DNA of 64,000 bases from Candidatus Latescibacterota bacterium (GTDB lineage: Bacteria; Latescibacterota; UBA2968; UBA8231): the NCBI GenBank assembly GCA_965248265.1, contig CBDFJF010000001.1, forward strand, positions 192,001-256,000, given 5' to 3'. The stretch's first letter is position 1; every line of letters begins with the position of its first letter. The notes under the pieces were generated by a model that was given only the letters and a program-made list of their open reading frames with translations, did not search any database and was not told the DNA's origin. Shown piece after piece: positions 57,871-64,000 of this stretch. A program made the translations under genes and the position numbers.

Positions 57871-59810
57871 GCGAGTTCCGCCAACAGCGTTCCGGCTGCC
57901 GCACGTATACGGGCTCGCGGCCGGTCACCGTACACCAGGTGATTCTCAACTACCTCCTCAAGTTCAGTGCGGGCGGGATCGCCGATGTGCCGCACCAGAT
58001 CGAGATAGGTCTCGTAGTTCTCCGATCGGTCCAGGCGCAGGAACAGACCCGCCAGAAGGCTGAGTTGCCGCGGTGAGCTGGGCGCGTGTTCCTTGAGCTC
58101 GACGAAGCTCACGAGGCGGTTACGGAAGCCGTGCGGATCGGAGGTCAGTGGTATGGCGCCGTCTGGAAGGTGCAACGCCAGGTTCTCAACCTGGGGCCTG
58201 ATGTCCTCCATGACCACCGCCGTCTGATCTCCCTTGAGGGTGCGATACTGGGCAAGGAACACCGTGTGGAACAGGGGGTGGGCATCAAGGTTGGCCAGAA
58301 TTCGGCTCAGGCAACCCGTTTCCAGATCCTCACCCCCCTCTTTCTCGTCGTCCCTTTTACGATCTCGCAGCAGATCCTCGCCGGTCTCGATCAACAGACG
58401 AGCGTCGTCGAGGAACTCGATCCGGCGCCTGAAATCCGGAACATCCTTGGCGCTGAGCCTGGTCTCGACGACGCGACTCAGCATCTTCTTCATCAGGTAG
58501 GCGTTCTCAGCCTGTGAGCGCGGCGACAGCCCCTTGAATTCCTCGAGCAGTTGGCGTCGTTTGAGCCCTATGAAATAATTGTATAACCGGTCGCAATCGC
58601 CGGCTACGCCACCCGGCTCTCGCGAATGTTTACCTGCCACGTACCTCGACAGAAGCTCCCCGAATCCAGTGCGGATATCGTAGCCGTCGTAACGGTTAGC
58701 CGTGACGTATTCGTAACCGTAGGTCACCTCTTCGGCCACGGTTTGGTAGAAGGTCCTTATACCGTCGGCCCCGAATTCGATGAGCCGTTCCATCAACTCC
58801 TCCGTCTTCACGGAGCGGCTGCGACGAAAGCGTGCCTCATCCCACAGATCGTGAATGCAGTCTTCGGGCTTCTGCGGTTCAAGTGGGACCGACAATTCCT
58901 CCGACGCTCGAAATGCAGCGCCGTGAACGATGTCCCGGTCTATGTGGAAGTAGGTTGGGTAGCGGTAGGCCGTGGCCAGCTCGTAGAGCTTGAGATTGCC
59001 CCATAGACGCTCGCGGCTCTCGTCAAAGAGCTCATCGGCTATGTCGAAGGGATCGCAATCGACGATGCTCCGATCCAGGCAGAACACGGCATCACTATAG
59101 TGGCGGAAGAAGATCTCGAATTCGCATTCCGGATCTTCTTCTTCCAGGCGCCGATGATTGTTGAGCTCCTCCAGGGTCGACCTGACGAAGCCATAACCAA
59201 GGGTGTAGAGGGTCCTCAGTCGCACCTGGCACCGACGGACGAATTCCAACAGCAGAAGGTAATCCAGCAGTGGCCATGTTTCCGTTACGATGACCTCCGT
59301 GAGCGCCCAGTAGTCGTAGCCGTTCTCCCACGCAGCCCGCAACACCTGGTGTGGCATGTAGACGGTGCGCCGTGTCCGACCGACGTGGAAGGCCTGGTGT
59401 TCGCGCGGACCGCGGAAGACCAGCAGCTCGGGACCTTTTACCAGAGTCACTGCCACGTCGCTTTCGAGCAAGGCCGTCACGAAGTAATCGGGCAACTGCC
59501 GGATGGCGCCGTAGAAAAATTTGACCATGTCGTGACCGGCGTGGAACCGCGACAGCCGCCGATCGGGCAATCTCACTCCGTCGCGGATCCGAGTCTGCTG
59601 GCCGAAAATGACGGTCATGTCCGCGGCGCGGATGGCGTCATTGACCTCCTGGTGCGTTATGTGGCCTTCCCGCATGCCGCAGTTGGGCCGCTCGTCACCG
59701 CGGCGATGCAGCTGCTCCTCCTGGGAGGTGGCATCGGGGACCTCCAGGCTGCGGTACAGGCGCCGGTCGCGCTCGCTGGAGGATGCGAACATCGGGGCAT
59801 TCAAGGGCAT
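57852..59810 (-). CDS. Hypothetical protein (652 aa)
   Basis: Long open frame filling the gap; no family recognised; start uncertain. Confidence 0.7.
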   Translation of the reverse strand: MPLNAPMFASSSERDRRLYRSLEVPDATSQEEQLHRRGDERPNCGMREGHITHQEVNDAIRAADMTVIFGQQTRIRDGVRLPDRRLSRFHAGHDMVKFFYGAIRQLPDYFVTALLESDVAVTLVKGPELLVFRGPREHQAFHVGRTRRTVYMPHQVLRAAWENGYDYWALTEVIVTETWPLLDYLLLLEFVRRCQVRLRTLYTLGYGFVRSTLEELNNHRRLEEEDPECEFEIFFRHYSDAVFCLDRSIVDCDPFDIADELFDESRERLWGNLKLYELATAYRYPTYFHIDRDIVHGAAFRASEELSVPLEPQKPEDCIHDLWDEARFRRSRSVKTEELMERLIEFGADGIRTFYQTVAEEVTYGYEYVTANRYDGYDIRTGFGELLSRYVAGKHSREPGGVAGDCDRLYNYFIGLKRRQLLEEFKGLSPRSQAENAYLMKKMLSRVVETRLSAKDVPDFRRRIEFLDDARLLIETGEDLLRDRKRDDEKEGGEDLETGCLSRILANLDAHPLFHTVFLAQYRTLKGDQTAVVMEDIRPQVENLALHLPDGAIPLTSDPHGFRNRLVSFVELKEHAPSSPRQLSLLAGLFLRLDRSENYETYLDLVRHIGDPARTELEEVVENHLVYGDRPRARIRAAAGTLLAELAQAQAG

Positions 59811-59972
59811 GCGGGAAAGGTAGCGCCGGCACCTGCGAGACCCAAATCCTTTGACGGATGGCTGGACGAAACCACCCCTTTATTTGATGTTAGAGATGGA
59901 TACTTTCCGCGGAGAGAACTGACCACGCGTCAATCGAGGATCCGACATCATCCATCCGGGTCATAGAACCAA

Positions 59973-60347
59973 TTGAATGAGGTCGCCTCGGAATACGGGC
60001 TCTTCGGCGCGCTGCTGCTGGCCGGTTTCATCTTCGGCGTAATCCCCTGCGTGGTTCCCCTGGTGCTGTCCCCACGCTCGCGGGGTAAAAAAACACGCGA
60101 CACCTACGAATGCGGCGTCGACACCATCGGCAGTGCCTGGATACGCTTCGACATCTCCTACTATCTATTTGCCCTCATCTTCGTCGTGTTTGAAGTGGAT
60201 GTCCTCTACATACTGCCCGTCGCCATGGTCTTCAACGACAGCCAGTACGTGTGGCGGGACCTGATTGAGCTCTCCCTGTTTGTAGGAATCCTGTTTCTCG
60301 CCATCCTGTACGCCTGGCGCAAGGGCGTCCTGCACTGGAGATACTGA
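59973..60347 (+). CDS. nuoA: NADH-quinone oxidoreductase subunit A
   Basis: [24 protein letters not shown]. Confidence 0.95.
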   Translation: MNEVASEYGLFGALLLAGFIFGVIPCVVPLVLSPRSRGKKTRDTYECGVDTIGSAWIRFDISYYLFALIFVVFEVDVLYILPVAMVFNDSQYVWRDLIELSLFVGILFLAILYAWRKGVLHWRY

Positions 60348-60349
60348 CG

Positions 60350-60868
60350 ATGCCGGAAATGGACGACAACACCGAGGAATTACTGGAGCAGGTAGGCCCT
60401 CTGGTCCACCTGAGCAAGCTCGAGACGCTGCTCAATCACGCACGCGCCAACTCGCTTTGGCCTTTGACCTTTGGCCTGGCCTGCTGCGCCATCGAAATGA
60501 TGGCTGTCGGTGCTTCGCGCTTCGACCTCGATCGCATCGGCGCCGGCGTCTTCCGCCCGAGCGCCCGTCAGGCGGACGTGATGATACTGGCCGGCACGAT
60601 ATCGCGGAAGATGGCCCCGGTCATCCAGACCCTGTGGGACCAGATGCCCTCGCCCAAGTGGGCCATCGCCATGGGCGGCTGCACAATCGACGGCGGACCA
60701 TTCAAGTACCCGGGCCAGTACGCCATTGTCGAGGGCGCCGACAAGATCATCCCCGTCGACGTCTACGTTCCCGGATGCCCCCCACGCCCCGAAGCATTGT
60801 TCGCGGGGGTGCTCAAATTGGAAGAGAAGATCAAAGCCGGACGCAAAGGCCCGGAGATGGTCAATTGA
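60350..60868 (+). CDS. nuoB: NADH-quinone oxidoreductase subunit B
   Basis: [29 protein letters not shown]. Confidence 0.95.
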   Translation: MPEMDDNTEELLEQVGPLVHLSKLETLLNHARANSLWPLTFGLACCAIEMMAVGASRFDLDRIGAGVFRPSARQADVMILAGTISRKMAPVIQTLWDQMPSPKWAIAMGGCTIDGGPFKYPGQYAIVEGADKIIPVDVYVPGCPPRPEALFAGVLKLEEKIKAGRKGPEMVN

Positions 60869-61365
60869 TCACGGATGTGCTGAGCGCTGTCCCGGGCATC
60901 TCCTCCAGTTCCGAGCAAGACTACGATACCAAAGGCTATCACTATCTCCACGAAGCCGCCCCGGGGGCCTTGCCCGCCGCTGCTGCCGTCTTTCTCGAGC
61001 AGGGGTTCCACCTCGAACACATGACCTGTCTCGACATGCGGGCAGACGACGACATCATGCGCCTGGTTTATCAGTTCAACCGCTATGGTACCCCGGAACG
61101 CCACGTCTTTCATGCCAACCTGCAACCTGGTGAGGCCGGCACCAGCATCAGCGACGTGTTCGCCGGGGCGAACTGGTACGAACGCGAGGTCTTCGACATG
61201 TTCGGCGTCGGCTTCGACGGACACCCGAATCTGGAGCGCATCCTGATGGGAGTCGACTACATCGGCCACCCGCTGCTCAAGGATTTCGTCGACGCCGATC
61301 CCGAGAGAGACGTGTTCGCCGTGGACGTCGAGTCTGACGGCGAGGGCGAGGGTGAGGATGAGTAG
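60865..61365 (+). CDS. nuoC: NADH-quinone oxidoreductase subunit C
   Basis: [32 protein letters not shown]; TTG start overlapping the nuoB stop. Confidence 0.9.
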   Translation: MITDVLSAVPGISSSSEQDYDTKGYHYLHEAAPGALPAAAAVFLEQGFHLEHMTCLDMRADDDIMRLVYQFNRYGTPERHVFHANLQPGEAGTSISDVFAGANWYEREVFDMFGVGFDGHPNLERILMGVDYIGHPLLKDFVDADPERDVFAVDVESDGEGEGEDE

Positions 61366-62506
61366 CATTCCCGGCCCCGCCATGGAGCTCGTCCGCGACG
61401 ACGAGGACCGCGAAACCTACTACCTCAACATGGGACCGCAGCACCCCTCCACCCACGGCGTGCTGCGTCTTCAACTGCATCTGGAGGGCGAGCGCATCCT
61501 CGCAGTCTCCCCCGTCATCGGTTACGGCCACCGGGCGCATGAGAAGATGGCCGAGAACCGGGACTTCCTGATGTTCCTGCCCAACACCAGTCGGGTGGAC
61601 TACTTGTCCGGCATGATCTACAACCTCGGGTACTGCCAGGCCATTGAGAAGATCATGGGGATCGAGGTTCCCGAGCGAGCCGAATACATCCGCATCATCG
61701 CCGGCGAGCTGAACCGAATTTCCAGTCATCTGCTGTGGCTGGGGACCTACCTGCTGGATCTGGGAGGCATCACCCCGTTCCTCTACTGCTTCGACGACCG
61801 CGAGCGCATCCTCGACATCCTCGACTCGGTCACGGGGTCTAGGTTGACCTACTGCTACGGACGCTTCGGCGGCGTCACCATGGATGTCGACGATGCCTTC
61901 CTCGAGTCCACGTCATCGTTCTGCTCCTTCTTCCACGATCGTCTCGACGAGTACAAGGATCTGGTGACGGATAATGTCATCTTCCGCAATCGCACCGAGG
62001 ACGTGGGGCCGTTTTCCGCCGATCTCATTCAGCGCTTCGGCCTTTCCGGCCCCTGCCTGCGCGCCTCCGGCATGGACCGCGATGTGCGCAAAGATGAGCC
62101 CTACGGCATTTACGATCGCCTGGATTTCGAGGTGCCGGTTGGGGTAACGGACAACGGGGACTGCTTTGACCGCTACACCGTGCGCATGGCGGAGATGGTG
62201 CAGAGTCTGCGGCTGATTGAACAGGCCCTGCGCGACATTCCCGAAGGACCGGTAATGGCGGCGAAGGTTCCCAAGAAGATCAAACCTCCGGCGGGTGATT
62301 ATTACTTCGCCGTTGAATCGGCGCGTGGGCATTTCGGCATGTACATCTACAGCGACGGCACCGACACGCCGTTTCGCATCAAACTGCGGACGCCATCGTT
62401 CGCCCACGTGTCGACGATGACGGAAGCCCTGGTTGGCACCATGCTGGCGGACACCATCTCCATTCTCGGCAGCATCGACATCGTCATCCCTGAGATCGAC
62501 CGCTGA
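61358..62506 (+). CDS. nuoD: NADH-quinone oxidoreductase subunit D
   Basis: [31 protein letters not shown]. Confidence 0.95.
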   Translation: MSSIPGPAMELVRDDEDRETYYLNMGPQHPSTHGVLRLQLHLEGERILAVSPVIGYGHRAHEKMAENRDFLMFLPNTSRVDYLSGMIYNLGYCQAIEKIMGIEVPERAEYIRIIAGELNRISSHLLWLGTYLLDLGGITPFLYCFDDRERILDILDSVTGSRLTYCYGRFGGVTMDVDDAFLESTSSFCSFFHDRLDEYKDLVTDNVIFRNRTEDVGPFSADLIQRFGLSGPCLRASGMDRDVRKDEPYGIYDRLDFEVPVGVTDNGDCFDRYTVRMAEMVQSLRLIEQALRDIPEGPVMAAKVPKKIKPPAGDYYFAVESARGHFGMYIYSDGTDTPFRIKLRTPSFAHVSTMTEALVGTMLADTISILGSIDIVIPEIDR

Positions 62507-62512
62507 CGGGCT

Positions 62513-63490
62513 ATGAAAACTGATTTCATTCAGCTATTTGGCAACCCGTGGCTGGCGATCGCGGCGGCCGCAGCCATCGTCATGGGATATCTGACGGTGA
62601 ATTCGCTGATGTTGATCTGGCTCGAGCGCAAGTTCAGCGCCCGCATTCAGCGCCGCCTCGGACCAACGGAAGTGGGACCCTTCGGCTTGCTGCAGACAGC
62701 CGCCGACATGCTCAAGCTCATCAGCAAGGAACTGCTCACGCCCGCGCACGTGCACCGGCCGCTCTACCTGATCGCTCCCATACTCGTCTTCGCGCCGATT
62801 CTAGCACTGTGTACCCTCTTTCCGGTATCGCAGTCTTGGATCATCTACGACTACGACCTGGCACTGGTACTACTGTTGGCATTCAGCGGCCTGAACGTCA
62901 TCGGTATCTTCGCGGCGGGTTGGGGATCGAACAACAAGTACGCCCTGCTGGGCGCGGTGCGCGCCGTAGCTCAGAACATCTCTTACGAGATCCCGCTGAT
63001 ACTGGCGGTGTTGCCGATCGTTCTCATGACACGTTCGTTGAGCTTCTACGAGATCGCCTCCGCGCAGGCGGCCTTCCCATTCATCGTCGTGCAGCCCCTG
63101 GCCGCCCTCATCTACCTGATCTCGGCGACGGCCGAGACCAACCGCGCTCCCTTCGACATCCCGGAAGCCGAGTCGGAATTGGTGGCCGGTTTTCACACGG
63201 AGTATTCCGGCATGCGCTTTGGCTTGTTCTTTTTCGCCGAGTTCTCCAACATGGTCATCGTCTGCGCCGTCGCCACAGTACTGTTTCTCGGTGGTTGGAA
63301 CGGGCCAGTTCTTCCTGGATTCATATGGTTCTTCATCAAAGTCTACGCCCTCATCCTGGTGATGATGTGGGTCAGGTGGACGTTTCCGCGTCTTCGTTTC
63401 GATCAGTTGATGACCTTTGCCTGGACCGTTCTGGTACCGCTGGCACTGATCAACCTGCTCGTGACCACGGTCGCGATAAAACTGCTGTAG
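62513..63490 (+). CDS. nuoH: NADH-quinone oxidoreductase subunit H
   Basis: ERKFSARIQRRLGP, SNNKYALLG, AETNRAPFDIPEAESELV. Confidence 0.95.
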   Translation: MKTDFIQLFGNPWLAIAAAAAIVMGYLTVNSLMLIWLERKFSARIQRRLGPTEVGPFGLLQTAADMLKLISKELLTPAHVHRPLYLIAPILVFAPILALCTLFPVSQSWIIYDYDLALVLLLAFSGLNVIGIFAAGWGSNNKYALLGAVRAVAQNISYEIPLILAVLPIVLMTRSLSFYEIASAQAAFPFIVVQPLAALIYLISATAETNRAPFDIPEAESELVAGFHTEYSGMRFGLFFFAEFSNMVIVCAVATVLFLGGWNGPVLPGFIWFFIKVYALILVMMWVRWTFPRLRFDQLMTFAWTVLVPLALINLLVTTVAIKLL

Positions 63491-63500
63491 GTAAAAGCCG

Positions 63501-64000
63501 ATGCTGACCAATGCGCTTAAAGGAGCCCGCTCACTGCTCACCGGCATGACGGTGACGCTCAAGCACTGCTTTCGACCGCCGGTGACGTCCAGGTATCCGC
63601 ACGAGAAGATCGAGATGTCGCCGGCCTATCGAAACGTCATCGTCCTCAAAGAGATTCCGGAAATCGGCTCGCATGATTGCATTGACTGCGGGATGTGCGT
63701 CCGGGTGTGCCCGTCGTATTGCATAAAGGTCGAGGGCGAACGGCCCGAAGGCATGAAACGCAAGCGCGCCACCCTGTTCGAGGTCGACTTCGCCCTGTGC
63801 AGCGAATGCGGTCTGTGCCTCGACGTCTGCCCGACCGACACCCTTGGCTACAGCCGTGAGTTCGACCAGGCCGGTTTTGGGCGCGGTGACTTTCTCTACG
63901 ACTTGCTGGTGCCCTGGCGCGACGGTGAGGAAGCCGTGCGCGACCGCTTGCGTGCGGCGGAAGCGGAAAAACAAGCAACCCGCGATGCTGCCAAGAAAGC
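63501..64000 (+). CDS. nuoI: NADH-quinone oxidoreductase subunit I (3' end runs off the window)
   Basis: Manual translation MLTNALKG...CIDCGMCVRVCP...CSECGLCLDVCP, two [4Fe-4S] motifs. Confidence 0.92.
   Translation, partial: MLTNALKGARSLLTGMTVTLKHCFRPPVTSRYPHEKIEMSPAYRNVIVLKEIPEIGSHDCIDCGMCVRVCPSYCIKVEGERPEGMKRKRATLFEVDFALCSECGLCLDVCPTDTLGYSREFDQAGFGRGDFLYDLLVPWRDGEEAVRDRLRAAEAEKQATRDAAKK

Overview
GC-rich bacterial chromosome segment. Gene content (FlgD/CTD-type secreted proteins, a C-terminal WGxxK motif, many PhyH/Gfo/SDR/TPP enzymes, HDOD regulators) suggests an FCB-group uncultured lineage such as Ca. Latescibacterota; this is inference only. Positions 1-11604 are accessory DNA: at least two tandem islets inserted at the 3' end of an isochorismatase-family gene. 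A perfect 33-bp att-like repeat (2440-2472 and 11572-11604) bounds the complete ~9.1-kb islet, which has no integrase. Both islets end in the same ~200-bp non-coding module carrying an inward-pointing sigma70 promoter, next to arm-type repeats. The complete islet also has two origin-like repeat structures, and its cargo is mostly secreted or membrane proteins, including a frameshifted tail-fibre/S74 protein. The rest is core and catabolic: an archaeal-type pantoate kinase + phosphopantothenate synthetase pair, a TPP riboswitch-TonB receptor-thiN unit, two candidate sRNAs with canonical promoters and terminators, an AraM/EgsA-type G1P dehydrogenase, a eukaryote-like alkyl-DHAP synthase coupled to a DHRS7B-like reductase, a MITE, a REP cluster, and a nuoABCDHI operon lacking nuoEFG that runs off the right edge. 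No rRNA, tRNA or CRISPR array was seen. All calls come from manual motif recognition; no database searches were run.
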